From positions 35,849 through 99,848 of IMG/VR virus record IMGVR_UViG_3300011115_000949: a stretch of DNA of 64,000 nucleotides; one strand, 5' to 3'. The notes under the pieces are model-generated. The model saw only the letters and a program-made list of their open reading frames with translations, was not told the origin of the DNA and did not search any database. A program made the translations under genes and the position numbers. This document shows, one piece after another, positions 22,301 to 31,240 of this stretch. The DNA comes from a virus. How positions within the stretch are numbered: position 1 is the stretch's first letter; every line of letters begins with the position of its first letter.

Positions 22301-24001
22301 AGCTGTAGCTACATAAGAAGCTGTTACAGCATAAGATGCAGTTGTAGCTGTTGCTGCATTTCCTGAAATAGAACCTGAGAAAAAGGATGAATTTTCCCAT
22401 TTTAAGGCTGTTGAATCATATATTAAAGCCTGGCCATCAGTTGGTCCTGATATGTTAACATCAGATAGACCGGATAAAGTTGTTGTTACAGTAGAACCTC
22501 CACCACCTGATCCTCCTACGCTTCTAAATAGACCTCCTGGGATTATTTTATATGAGTTACTATCTGTAAAGGTAGCATTGTTTCTTAAAATCAAAGAGCC
22601 TAAGTAAAGTGCTTGAGCAGCTGTATTAGGAGCTTCAGTAAATGATTCTATATTTATATTTGCTATAGCATCTAAATCAGTTGGATACTGATTATTACCA
22701 TAGTAAACATAAATACCTTTTGTAACACTATTAGGAAACCAATACACCCTTTGAATTGACCATCCTCTAATAGCACCACTTCCTGTTACAGGAGTTAAAA
22801 CACCATTATTTGAATATTGTGTTGGATCTATTGTTGGATACCCGGCACCCCCATTAGTATCATATACCCAAGCTGCTGATCCGGATTGGCGGTATCTAAA
22901 TATTTTAGATACTGTGGTTCCTGCATCTGTAATATAAGATGGATTATTTGGATCAATTGTATAATTTCTACCATCCGACCAAGCAGTACCTGATGCTACT
23001 ACTAAGCTACCAGTTGAAGAACCACTTGCAGATAAAGTAAATCCTGATAACTTTAATGGACCAAATGCTCTAATAAAATCAGAAGATCTTTGTTTCCAAC
23101 CATAAGCAAGTGAAGCAAATGTTTGAGTACCATTGATTGTAGAACGGTTTTGATGAACTACAACACCAATAGGAATTGTAGTATTAAACTGCCCATCATT
23201 ATATGGAGTACCTTGAGTAAATATATTACTTGTATTATCAATTGCAACAAATGTTTGATCATAAGATGCACTTAAAGGAGCAATACTGGCTGATAAATTA
23301 GGCCAGTTAAGATATTGTACTGTAGGATAAGGATTATCGTTAAACGATGCGTTTAAATTTACAATAACACCACTACCACTACTTACTTGATAAACAGTAG
23401 ATGATTGAGTTGTAATTAAACCACCATTTAATAGCCCAGTATATAAATTACCTTCTATCCAACGAAGACGAGTTGTATTACTATATCCATTACCATTTTG
23501 AGAAAAGTATAAATCGTTTGTAGAACCACTTACATAAATGTAAGATGCTGATATTGTTGTATCTATGTTTGTAGTTACAGGATCAAATCTATGATAGCCA
23601 GATTGTCTTATATCTCCGTATATTTGAACTGAAGCAGTTGCAGCACCTGGGCTTGTAGATCCTGAAATTATAATACTGCCGGATAGCGTAGTATTTCCTA
23701 AAAGAGTATTGTTACCAACTTGTAAAGTAGAACCACTTACATTTAAGCTACCAGTTAATGTAGTAGAGCCTATTAATGTGTTTGAACCAGTAGTAAATAA
23801 ACTGCCTGTTATTATTTGGTTGCCTACAAATGTATTTGAGCCAGTGGTTGCAAATACAGTACTGTCTTTACCATCTAATAAGTCTGCGTTTAAAGCATAT
23901 GAAGCGGTTCCTAAAAGTGAACCTGTTACACCGGCGGTAACATTTAATGAGTTTAGACTGGCGTCAGAGCCAGATACTATGACTTTTTTCCAATTTGGCA
24001 T
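19313..24001 (-). CDS. Long fibre protein (head/neck or tail fibre) with internal module repeats
   Basis: 1562 aa, S/T/G rich, with repeated GIGTT.P...L.V.G motifs and 3-4 copies of an approximately 55-aa module. Confidence 0.75.
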   Translation of the reverse strand: MPNWKKVIVSGSDASLNSLNVTAGVTGSLLGTASYALNADLLDGKDSTVFATTGSNTFVGNQIITGSLFTTGSNTLIGSTTLTGSLNVSGSTLQVGNNTLLGNTTLSGSIIISGSTSPGAATASVQIYGDIRQSGYHRFDPVTTNIDTTISASYIYVSGSTNDLYFSQNGNGYSNTTRLRWIEGNLYTGLLNGGLITTQSSTVYQVSSGSGVIVNLNASFNDNPYPTVQYLNWPNLSASIAPLSASYDQTFVAIDNTSNIFTQGTPYNDGQFNTTIPIGVVVHQNRSTINGTQTFASLAYGWKQRSSDFIRAFGPLKLSGFTLSASGSSTGSLVVASGTAWSDGRNYTIDPNNPSYITDAGTTVSKIFRYRQSGSAAWVYDTNGGAGYPTIDPTQYSNNGVLTPVTGSGAIRGWSIQRVYWFPNSVTKGIYVYYGNNQYPTDLDAIANINIESFTEAPNTAAQALYLGSLILRNNATFTDSNSYKIIPGGLFRSVGGSGGGGSTVTTTLSGLSDVNISGPTDGQALIYDSTALKWENSSFFSGSISGNAATATTASYAVTASYVATAQTASYVLNAVSASFASTASYVNPLNQNVEITGSASNSLRVKGSGATSATNTLYIENSGNTASLVVRDDARVGINTTTPSTTLHVNGNTTITGSLIVYGPNNSINLPIYPPTYYYPTLTIASTTFQGYQTSGNIMQIANTGYMIEFGSSRGYMLLRSAGDHYLQSGASNLTRLFISSSGRIGIAKSSSLNATLDIIGSQVITGSLEVSAGITGSFLGTASYATQALTASNANTASYVLNAVSSSFASTASYVNPLNQNVLITGSASNSLRVKGSGATSATNTLYLENSSNINTFAVADNGNVTVNTGSLTINQATGAGTGIILKAPTDYYSPKLEFNAIGGTSHIIQAYGGPLFLNGGNYNVCFGVYNAAGTVSNVNIYTYPYGGSQPAYPNNYSMLIKNPDTTGVNLMVRAASGQAGTGSITEWQNSGGTEVVAKITASGSAYFKSDITASSFSGSHIGPLTGTASYATTALTASFASTASFVNPLNQNVTITGSASNSLRVKGSGTTSATNTMLVENSAGTSILTIADNGNATFNVGTGSLMANVGNTTYFRVTGSSTVGGIVELFHTNGGRIGRFSGNSGGAVAGLNIDAYDSINFNTLNTSLTFNPSVATSWKTYSGYNFTFVGYSGYGDPSGGEVIMKDNLTGNEAFHAYLGQNQRIIMNSSSLAIGKSSAPNAKLDITGSALITGSLLVSGSSVVTGSFTVFTGSAIEFQVLPTGVKIGNVITDVHTVTGSLNVSGSVLVTGSLNTTLGITGSSFTGSFTGSLLGTASYATTALTSSFASTASFVNPLNQNVLITGSLTVSSSNATQLQVGSNLLYVNNSNDVGIGTTSPSSYLGGTNGIAIVKPVYAGISLGTTSAGVNSNWLIYKMYNGQLSIYETTAARERFTISYTGEVGVGGPSTAARLIVMGAGSTSATTTFQVENSSAAKTIQCKDNQSIGFFGATTVTQPTTAGASSTFTSNPGVALNDADTYDGYTIAQVVKALRQLGLLA
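19895..22295 (-). repeat. Dispersed direct repeats within the fibre gene
   Basis: FASTASYVNPLNQNVxITGSASNSLRVKGSGATSATNT at about 22130-22295, 21440-21605 and 20745-20910, and partially at 19895-19990; highly similar at DNA level (boundaries approximate). Confidence 0.85.
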
Positions 24002-24015
24002 CGTACATTTAGTTT

Positions 24016-24080
24016 ATATTGTGGTTAGATACATACACTATGCCGTGTATATGCCTACTTCCTTTGCAGGCCAACAATAT
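24016..24080 (-). ncRNA. Candidate structured 5-prime leader (three-way junction) of the long fibre gene
   Basis: P1 ATATTGT/ACAATAT; P2 CCT-GCAA-AGG (GNRA loop); P3 TAGGCATATACAC/GTGTATGTATCTA. Confidence 0.55.
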
Positions 24081-24107
24081 TCTATAATAAATATAGTAAA
24101 ATAACTG

Positions 24108-24335
24108 TTATTTTTTAGCTTTTTTATCTTCTCTAGCTAATGTTTCTTGTAATTCTTGTTGCTTTTTAGTTTCTTCTTGTTTAAGCATTTCTTGAATTTG
24201 TGCAAATTCCTGTTCTAATTTAACTTGTAAATTTGCTACAAATTTAGCATCTTTACCACTAATAGTAATAGTATCTAGTGATTGACGAAGACATTGAATT
24301 TCTCCAGGAGTTAAATCTATTGAAAAAATATTCAT
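24108..24335 (-). CDS. Small helical protein, possible fibre chaperone
   Basis: 75 aa; similar to its neighbour (LTPGEIQCLRQSLDTITISGKD versus LTLEEIQLILQLIRSSTFKGEH). Confidence 0.55.
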   Translation of the reverse strand: MNIFSIDLTPGEIQCLRQSLDTITISGKDAKFVANLQVKLEQEFAQIQEMLKQEETKKQQELQETLAREDKKAKK

Positions 24336-24341
24336 AAACTT

Positions 24342-24560
24342 TTATTTTTTTATTTGTTGTAACGTTTTATATTGGTTTTGTAATTTTAATGCTGTGTTAT
24401 ATATAATTTCTACGTGTTCGCCTTTAAAAGTGCTACTACGTATTAATTGTAATATAAGTTGAATTTCTTCAAGTGTCAAGCTATTTTGATCACTTGACCC
24501 TACCTTTTCAGGTGTTTTATAATTTCCAGCATTAAGAGCCATAACTAATTTTTTAAACAT
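24342..24560 (-). CDS. Small helical protein, paralog of 24108..24335
   Basis: Shares the LT..EIQ...Q.....T..G motif followed by KL(Q/E). Confidence 0.55.
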   Translation of the reverse strand: MFKKLVMALNAGNYKTPEKVGSSDQNSLTLEEIQLILQLIRSSTFKGEHVEIIYNTALKLQNQYKTLQQIKK

Positions 24561-25882
24561 TACGAGTAGATGAATATATCTCCCGTACTACTATTTACAT
24601 ATATATTACCGTATCCGTTTGATGTACCACCCCAAGTTGGGTTTGTTGCAGGAGCACCAGCAGCCGTTTTAGCTGTTACTACAAATTCGTCTGCTGTTAA
24701 AGCTGTTACTGTACCTACAGCATCGTATGCTACTGCAAAACGACCATATGTTCCAGTTGAACCAGCTGAACCAGCTTCTAAATAAAATGCTGAACCTGAA
24801 CCTGCTGTATTATATTGGGTAATCCAACCTGAGTCTGCTAATGCAGACGAACCACTATTAATTAAGATAAACTTATCTCTAATAGTTAAGTTATCTACGT
24901 TTGTAAATGAAGCTGTACCTGCTACTGTTAAGTCACCAGTTACAGTTGCATTACCAGTTACTGCTAATGTAGTACCGTCAAATGTTAAATTACTTTCACC
25001 GTTTATAGTTCCAGCACCTGTTGCAGTTAATATTCTATTATCTGTATTATTGGTAATAGCGTTTGTAATGTTATTTACGTTAGCAGCGTAAGATGAACTT
25101 ACAGCTACTGAAGAACTTAAAGCATATGATGCTGTTGTAGCAAATGAAGAGCTTATAGAATTTAAAACATAAGATGCAGTTGAAGCAAAAGATGCACTTA
25201 CACCTTGTAAAACATAAGATGCAGTTGAAGCAAATGAACTACTTAAAGCGTAAGATGCACTTACTGCAACAGACGAACTTAAAGCGTAAGATGAACTGTT
25301 AGCATTATTAGCATATGAAGCAGTTGCAGGTACATTAGCTGCGTATGAAGCTGTAGTAGCAAATGATGAACTAAGTGAATATGATGAACTTACAGCAACA
25401 GATGAACTTAAAGCGTAAGAAGCACTATTTGCTTGGGAAGCATAAGAAGCAGTACCAGTTAAAGTACCAACATGAGAACCAGTAAATGAAGCAGTAATTG
25501 AAGTAGCAGTAATAGAGGTAATACCTGTAATAGTAGAAGCTAAAGTTAAACTATCACTTGACTCTACTGCTAAATTAGTACCAGCTAAATCTGTTAATAA
25601 GTCACCATATGTAATGTATTGGTTACTACTTTGGCTAACAAAGAATTTATCTGTACTAGTAATGTTGCTTACTTGGGAAGTAGGGAATATTGCAGTTGCA
25701 GTAACACCAGTTAAATTACTACCGTCACCTTTAAATGAACCAGTAAATGAACCAGTTAAAAACGTTCCCGCTTGTGTTGTTGTTATTGATTGATTAGTAC
25801 CTACTAATACGCCTAAACTAGAAGTTACTGCTGCTAATTCAGCTTGCGATCCCGATACTATGACTTTTTTCCAAGTTGCCAT
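24560..25882 (-). CDS. Fibre protein with ASYA/SSSFA tandem repeats
   Basis: N-terminus MATWKKVIVSGS is shared with the long fibre; central tandem repeats of ASYALSSSVAVS / ASYVL..SASFAST. Confidence 0.7.
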   Translation of the reverse strand: MATWKKVIVSGSQAELAAVTSSLGVLVGTNQSITTTQAGTFLTGSFTGSFKGDGSNLTGVTATAIFPTSQVSNITSTDKFFVSQSSNQYITYGDLLTDLAGTNLAVESSDSLTLASTITGITSITATSITASFTGSHVGTLTGTASYASQANSASYALSSSVAVSSSYSLSSSFATTASYAANVPATASYANNANSSSYALSSSVAVSASYALSSSFASTASYVLQGVSASFASTASYVLNSISSSFATTASYALSSSVAVSSSYAANVNNITNAITNNTDNRILTATGAGTINGESNLTFDGTTLAVTGNATVTGDLTVAGTASFTNVDNLTIRDKFILINSGSSALADSGWITQYNTAGSGSAFYLEAGSAGSTGTYGRFAVAYDAVGTVTALTADEFVVTAKTAAGAPATNPTWGGTSNGYGNIYVNSSTGDIFIYS

Positions 25883-25923
25883 TATGTTCTAAATTGAATT
25901 GTTGTTTATAAATATGTTAAGTT

Positions 25924-26517
25924 TTAATCTAGTCCTACAAAAAATGATGATGATGTAAAGTAAATCCCACCATTTGGTGCAGAACCTGTTAGTAATGCTG
26001 ACTGAGTTGCTACTACTATTATACCACTTTGGCTAACAGTAAATATAGGTATATTATTGTTTTTAATTAAAAATATGTCGTCAACTACAGTTACACTTCC
26101 TGACAACACTGTGGGTCCTACATTTATAAATGTGTTAGAGCCACTAACTACAAAACTACCTGTTATGTATAAATTTGCATTTGAATTCCAACTTCCACTA
26201 CCTAAAAATGTAAACGGAGCTGATAAGCCACTTGCGCCTACAGGACCAGTTAAAACTTCTATAACTGTAGTAGACGGTTGAGTAACGAAAACCTCGTTTA
26301 TAGCAGGATCTGCTGTTAAAACGTTTATTACATTTGGATTATTACCTAATGTTAATACGGAAACATCCTGAGTTATGTTTGTACTATTTGCAGTTTCTGT
26401 AGTTGAGGTAACCTGACTTTTGTCAGTGTTTTGAATTATAGTAATAGAGGTACTACTCGGTTCAATAACCGTTACAATGTTTTCTTCAGTGGTTATGTTA
26501 ACTGAGTTTTGGGCCAT
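25924..26517 (-). CDS. Hypothetical virion/fibre-associated protein
   Basis: Beta-rich T/V/S composition, five [S/T]GS motifs, structural context. Confidence 0.55.
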   Translation of the reverse strand: MAQNSVNITTEENIVTVIEPSSTSITIIQNTDKSQVTSTTETANSTNITQDVSVLTLGNNPNVINVLTADPAINEVFVTQPSTTVIEVLTGPVGASGLSAPFTFLGSGSWNSNANLYITGSFVVSGSNTFINVGPTVLSGSVTVVDDIFLIKNNNIPIFTVSQSGIIVVATQSALLTGSAPNGGIYFTSSSFFVGLD

Positions 26518-26532
26518 TTATAGTGAACCCAA

Positions 26533-26949
26533 TTATTGAGGGTTTACTCCTGTTACTTGTTTACTTAATTTTACTTGACCTTCTAGTAATCTAATTCTAT
26601 CTGCTCCTGATGTTAATTCTAAATCATAATAAGCAGTATCTGTAAATGTTAACGCGTCTGTTGATGCCCAACCTATATAAACACCTATACTACCTGAAAC
26701 TAAAGAGGTAGTTAAATTACTTCCGGACATGCTTAAAAAAGCACTACCACTAGTTTTAGTATAAGTGTCTCCTATACTTGAAGTTAAAGTTAAATATGTT
26801 GTTCCACTTCCGCTATATGTTGAGCGAATTTGCATAGCTCCTTCGTAACCACTTAAATCGATTGGAACTCCTGCTGCTGTTTTGTATTGGAGTTCGAAAC
26901 TTAGTGTAGAGCCTTGTTCAATAGTGAATGAGTATTTTCCAGCTGCCAT
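26533..26949 (-). CDS. Virion beta-sandwich adaptor protein (BppU-like N-terminal fold)
   Basis: TIEQGST...PIDLSGY...MQIR...YYDLEL...RLLEGQV pattern. Confidence 0.6.
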   Translation of the reverse strand: MAAGKYSFTIEQGSTLSFELQYKTAAGVPIDLSGYEGAMQIRSTYSGSGTTYLTLTSSIGDTYTKTSGSAFLSMSGSNLTTSLVSGSIGVYIGWASTDALTFTDTAYYDLELTSGADRIRLLEGQVKLSKQVTGVNPQ

Positions 26950-26976
26950 TTATATTTTTATTATAAATATGAAGAG

Positions 26977-27660
26977 CTAGTGAATATCTCTAAATTCTGA
27001 GTATACTTTTAGTACTTCTTCTACAATTTCGTGGCGGTGATTAGTTTTTAATGTTACAATTCGCACACCTTTTATTTGTTCTTCTAGTCTAGTGAAGAAA
27101 CTAATACCAGAATCTTTTTTAGATTTTAAATCTACTTGAGTTAAATCGCCACAAAATACCATTTTTCCACCTTTACCCAAACGACCTAACATCATTTCAG
27201 TTTGTTGGTGAGTAATGTTTTGACATTCGTCTACAATAACAAAACAATTAGGAAATGTTCTACCTCGCATAAATGCAAATGGTACAATTTCAATATTGTT
27301 TTCCGAAACCATTTTGTCTATTTTTTCTTTATCATAAAGTAAATATAAATTAGAATAAATAGGAGCTAACCAAGGATCCATTTTTTCTTTTAAATCGCCT
27401 GGTAAAAATCCTATATCTTCTTTAGCTACGGTTGGGCGAGTAATAATAATCTTCTCCATTTCTCGCTTAAATACCATATCTAAAGCTATTTGACAGGCAA
27501 GTAAGGTTTTACCACTACCAGCCATACCTTTAAGTAAAACAACAGGATTATCTAAAATTATTTGTTTTGCTTCTTTTTGCTCTTCATTTAAGGATAATTT
27601 AAACTTAATTTCACCTTTTGGTTTACGTTTTTCCTTAAAAACCTCTTCATTATTTTCCAT
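26977..27660 (-). CDS. phoH: PhoH-like ATPase
   Basis: GMAGSGKT, IGFLPGDLKEK, FMRGRTF, DECQN and GDLTQVD. Confidence 0.95.
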   Translation of the reverse strand: MENNEEVFKEKRKPKGEIKFKLSLNEEQKEAKQIILDNPVVLLKGMAGSGKTLLACQIALDMVFKREMEKIIITRPTVAKEDIGFLPGDLKEKMDPWLAPIYSNLYLLYDKEKIDKMVSENNIEIVPFAFMRGRTFPNCFVIVDECQNITHQQTEMMLGRLGKGGKMVFCGDLTQVDLKSKKDSGISFFTRLEEQIKGVRIVTLKTNHRHEIVEEVLKVYSEFRDIH

Positions 27661-27682
27661 AGAACGTTTGTTGATAAATATG

Positions 27683-27713
27683 AAAAAAGAAGCCGAGCTT
27701 ACGGGCTCGGCTT
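27683..27713 (-). terminator. Intrinsic terminator after the major capsid gene
   Basis: Sense AAGCCGAGC-CCGTAA-GCTCGGCTT-CTTTTTT. Confidence 0.85.
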
Positions 27714-27736
27714 ACTTTTATTGATTAAAATTTATA

Positions 27737-29395
27737 TTAAAGGGTATTTAAACCGCTAACATAAATCTTACCATAGAATTCAGGACGTAACATCTTCTTA
27801 GCGTAACGAGTCATTAAACCTTTACGTGGAGTGAAGGTATTTGGATCGTACACTAGAGGAGTCATGATCAACGGAATATATGGAGCGAATACAGCACCAG
27901 ATTCAAGGAACTGTTTACCGCGGAAGCCCATCAATATAACGTTTTCAGTCATATATGGATTCTTATAAACGGTATAACGGTTGTTGATAGTACCGGTTTT
28001 CTGAACACCAAAAGCATATTCCATGTTAGTTACATCACCGTTGCTGTTAGAAGCAAATCCTGGGATTGATTCAAGAACAGTAGCAACTGTTGGAGAACAT
28101 ACCAAGAAATTAGCTCCACCGCGAAGGGTTAACTGGTGGATTTTGTTAGATACTTTTTGCATCTTAGTTCCTAAAGTTTGGAACCAACCACCTTGAGTGT
28201 TGTAGAAACCTAAGTTAGAGTTAGCTAAAGTTCCAGTGCTATCATAAGCTACGTTATTTACTACAGTCCAGTATTCAGTACCAGCAGCAGCATCTTCAAT
28301 CAACATATCAAGAATTTCGAGGTCAATTTCCATAGAAATATACTCGCTCATGATGTTGGTTAATTCAGCTTCAGCGTCGATGTTCTGATAAGCATTAAGA
28401 TCTTGAGCAAATTCAGGAGTCCATACAGCTTTCAACTTTTTAGTTTTAGCAGTGATGGCTTGAGATTGCATCTTAATGTTAATTTCTGGGATAGAAATTG
28501 TAGTAGCGCTTTGAGCGTTAGGTACAGAGAATGAAGTAGCAGTTGTATCTTCAAAATCACCACGGTTGTTATCAACAGTAGCTTTGTTGTAGTATACTGT
28601 ACAACCTGCAGATGTAGCAGTACCGTTAGTTTCAGCAGTTGAAGCAGTGAAATAGAAAATAAGGTTTGCACCACTTACTGTTGTGAAAGCAGGTAAAGCT
28701 TTAGCTACAGTAGCAGCTGAACCAGAAGTTAATACGAAAGCACGAACTCCTTCAATATCAAAGTTAGGAATACTACCAGTTGAAATTGAGAAAGATTTAA
28801 TTTCACCTTTAGCAACAGAAGCTGATAGATCTGAGTCTAAATTTACGTTAGCCCAAGAAGCTGTAGCTACAGTAGCTGAAGCAGTAGATGAAGTTTGGTT
28901 AGTAGAGTAAGCAAAACGGCCAGCTCCATAAAGACCACCAGCAGCAGCTGTAGTTTGGAATGGATATTGACCACCTGTGTTACGGTTACCATAAAGTGAA
29001 CCACCTGAAGAGAATGGGTTTACACTAGTTCCGTATTGGAAATCTAGGAAAAACACTAGACCTGAAGGTAAGTTCATAGGTTGAACTGAAACGAATTCTT
29101 TAGCAGCGATCTGTCCAAATACTTTACGTACTAATGGAAGAGCGATACCAGCCCAGTTTTCAGATTGACCTACAGTAAAAGTACCAGCAGAAGCACCAGC
29201 TCCAGTGGAACTAGCTTCTACTACTAATTGTTTGGCTTGGTTTTCAAGTAAAATAGCCATGTTGTTTTTGTCTACTTCACTCCCCATGCCCTCAAGAAGA
29301 CCGGTTTTGGCCCACTTGTTTGCTAATTTAGAAGCATCACTTTGAAGTGACTTCCAAGGATTAGCAGATTCGAGTAATGATTGAATGTTGCTCAT
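27737..29395 (-). CDS. Major capsid protein (T4 gp23-like)
   Basis: KWAKTGLLEG, LLENQ, VSVQPMNLPSGLVF, AKTKKLKAVWTPEFAQDL, APYIPL and FTPRKGLMTRYA. Confidence 0.95.
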   Translation of the reverse strand: MSNIQSLLESANPWKSLQSDASKLANKWAKTGLLEGMGSEVDKNNMAILLENQAKQLVVEASSTGAGASAGTFTVGQSENWAGIALPLVRKVFGQIAAKEFVSVQPMNLPSGLVFFLDFQYGTSVNPFSSGGSLYGNRNTGGQYPFQTTAAAGGLYGAGRFAYSTNQTSSTASATVATASWANVNLDSDLSASVAKGEIKSFSISTGSIPNFDIEGVRAFVLTSGSAATVAKALPAFTTVSGANLIFYFTASTAETNGTATSAGCTVYYNKATVDNNRGDFEDTTATSFSVPNAQSATTISIPEINIKMQSQAITAKTKKLKAVWTPEFAQDLNAYQNIDAEAELTNIMSEYISMEIDLEILDMLIEDAAAGTEYWTVVNNVAYDSTGTLANSNLGFYNTQGGWFQTLGTKMQKVSNKIHQLTLRGGANFLVCSPTVATVLESIPGFASNSNGDVTNMEYAFGVQKTGTINNRYTVYKNPYMTENVILMGFRGKQFLESGAVFAPYIPLIMTPLVYDPNTFTPRKGLMTRYAKKMLRPEFYGKIYVSGLNTL

Positions 29396-29427
29396 TTTTT
29401 TGTTTTTTTGTTTTTGTTTTTAGTTAA

Positions 29428-30435
29428 TTACTTTTTTGTTAAACCAGCTAACTCACGCATACGTGCGAAAGCATCGTTTTCGATAATTGGTTTAGCTACA
29501 CTTCCTAAAGCTTTAGAAGCTGAACCTAAAGATTCTTTAATAGGTGATTTAGCTATAGTAGCTACACTTCCTAATAAAGTTTCATAAATAAGTTGTGCTT
29601 CTTGTTTAGTTTTGGCTTTGTCAAAAGCAGCTAAAACTTTTACCTTTTGTGATTCAGTTAAAGATTTGTTACGGAAAAGCTTGTTAGTGTAAAGAAGTTT
29701 AGCGTTTAACAAGTTGATTTCTTGAAGTTCAGAACGAAGAGTTTCAATTGCAGCATAAGCTTCTTTTAATTCTTCTTCTTTTTCTTCAGATTTAGATTCA
29801 GGTTTTTTAACTTTTTCCTTAACTTCTTCTACACCTTCATCTTCATACACATCTTCTTCTACATTTTCATTAGCACCTTCAAGTTCAGCTAAAAGTTCGT
29901 CGATGTTAACATCTTCTTCTTCGCCACCTTCTTCAGGTTCCATTTCCATGTCCATTTCCATTTCTTCACCTTTACCACCTTCAGCAGCTTCAAGTTCCCC
30001 TGCAGCTACCATGTCTTTAATAACTCCTTCAATAAAAGATTTAAGATCTTCTTCAGTCATGTCTTCGATAGACATTTCTTCGTTATCTTCAGATTCATCT
30101 TCTTTAGCTTCTGTTATTTCTTCTTCAACTGGTGCCTCATCTTCTTCGATTTCAGCTAAAAGTTCGTCTAAAGAAATTTCAGAAACATCTTCTGATGTTT
30201 CATCTTCCATTGTAAGGTTTTCTTTGTCAGCTTCATAAGCTTTTTCTTCTAGTTCCATTTCTGTTAGACCTAAATCATTTGCTTCTTCAATTTCTTCAAG
30301 TTTAGCAGCTAATTTTTCTCTAAGAAAAGGACCAAAAGATTCTTCTAAAGCTGCTTTTGCGTTTGCTATAGCTGTTTCTTTAACAGTTTTAGCATCGGCG
30401 ATTGCTTCTTTAAGCAAGTCTCTGTTTGTTGCCAT
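29428..30435 (-). CDS. Prohead scaffold/core protein (T4 gp22 analogue)
   Basis: Very acidic, coiled-coil, directly upstream of the major capsid gene, with many I/L-x-E sites; ends FARMRELAGLTKK. Confidence 0.85.
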   Translation of the reverse strand: MATNRDLLKEAIADAKTVKETAIANAKAALEESFGPFLREKLAAKLEEIEEANDLGLTEMELEEKAYEADKENLTMEDETSEDVSEISLDELLAEIEEDEAPVEEEITEAKEDESEDNEEMSIEDMTEEDLKSFIEGVIKDMVAAGELEAAEGGKGEEMEMDMEMEPEEGGEEEDVNIDELLAELEGANENVEEDVYEDEGVEEVKEKVKKPESKSEEKEEELKEAYAAIETLRSELQEINLLNAKLLYTNKLFRNKSLTESQKVKVLAAFDKAKTKQEAQLIYETLLGSVATIAKSPIKESLGSASKALGSVAKPIIENDAFARMRELAGLTKK

Positions 30436-30462
30436 TTTTCCTTAATTTTTAATTTTTGGAAG

Positions 30463-30536
30463 TACGCTTAATGTGAAATAATTTCAAAGCGTAATAAGAT
30501 TTATAATTCACAATGCCTCATTATGTTGGGCACATT
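30463..30536 (-). promoter_or_regulatory. Structured 5-prime leader of the scaffold/capsid operon
   Basis: Hairpin TACGCTT-TGAAAT..TTTCA..-AAGCGTA (30463-30493) and AATG(TG)CC/GGCATT hairpin (30512-30536), downstream of CATACGTATA. Confidence 0.45.
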
Positions 30537-30579
30537 CTAGTATACGTATGTACATATCTATTCAAAGTCGCAAAGGAAG

Positions 30580-30610
30580 AAAAAAAAGACGCTTCTTTTG
30601 AAAGCGCCTT
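30580..30610 (-). terminator. Intrinsic terminator
   Basis: Sense AGGCGCTTTC-AAAA-GAAGCGTCT-TTTTTTT. Confidence 0.8.
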
Positions 30611-30634
30611 AGTTTTAAAATAGTATTTGTATTT

Positions 30635-31213
30635 TTATTTTTTACGAAATTTTTTTAATGCTTCGTTTACTATTGATTCAATGTTAAGTGATTCTGCTTG
30701 TGGTTGTTTTTGTTGTGCTGCTAACCATCTATCTATTTTTCCTAGTATAATCATGTTAGTCTTATCAAATCCTCCTATTTTTTCTAATGTTTTTTTAACA
30801 TTAAATAATGCAGGATATGTGTGATCAGACATATATGATCTTACAAATGATCCAGATCCTCTATTAAAAAATTCAGTATATAATTGCATAGCAATTTCCT
30901 TTTTAGTAATTTCTTCTGATACTCCTTTTTCTTTAGCTAAAGTTAAAATATTATTAATTCTTTTTTCTAATTCACTATTAAAAGAAGAAGAATTATTTTG
31001 TTTCCAATTAAATTGAGTAATAAATTTTCTTAAATCACGAAAAGGATTATCTAAAACTTCTAAATCTTTAACTTTTTGAGCTATGGCTTCTCTTGAATCC
31101 AATCCCTTAGTAGCTTCACCTTCAAGTGATTGGGACCAGTTAGTTATTTCATTCAATACCCCTGCTAAAAATTGCATTCTTTTGAATTCTTCAGATATGA
31201 TTTGTTTTTTCAT
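30635..31213 (-). CDS. Putative internal head protein with RMQxLAG tag
   Basis: Starts MKKQIISEEFKRMQFLAGVLNE; inserted between protease and scaffold with its own promoter motif and terminator. Confidence 0.6.
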   Translation of the reverse strand: MKKQIISEEFKRMQFLAGVLNEITNWSQSLEGEATKGLDSREAIAQKVKDLEVLDNPFRDLRKFITQFNWKQNNSSSFNSELEKRINNILTLAKEKGVSEEITKKEIAMQLYTEFFNRGSGSFVRSYMSDHTYPALFNVKKTLEKIGGFDKTNMIILGKIDRWLAAQQKQPQAESLNIESIVNEALKKFRKK

Positions 31214-31240
31214 TTTATTAAATATTTTGTTATAAATATG

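Noticed and set aside
25080-25450. Tandem repeats as a CRISPR array or DGR template
   Set aside because: They are in-frame coding repeats (ASYA/SSSFA) with synonymous variation and no unique spacers. No reverse transcriptase or cas operon is present in the window.
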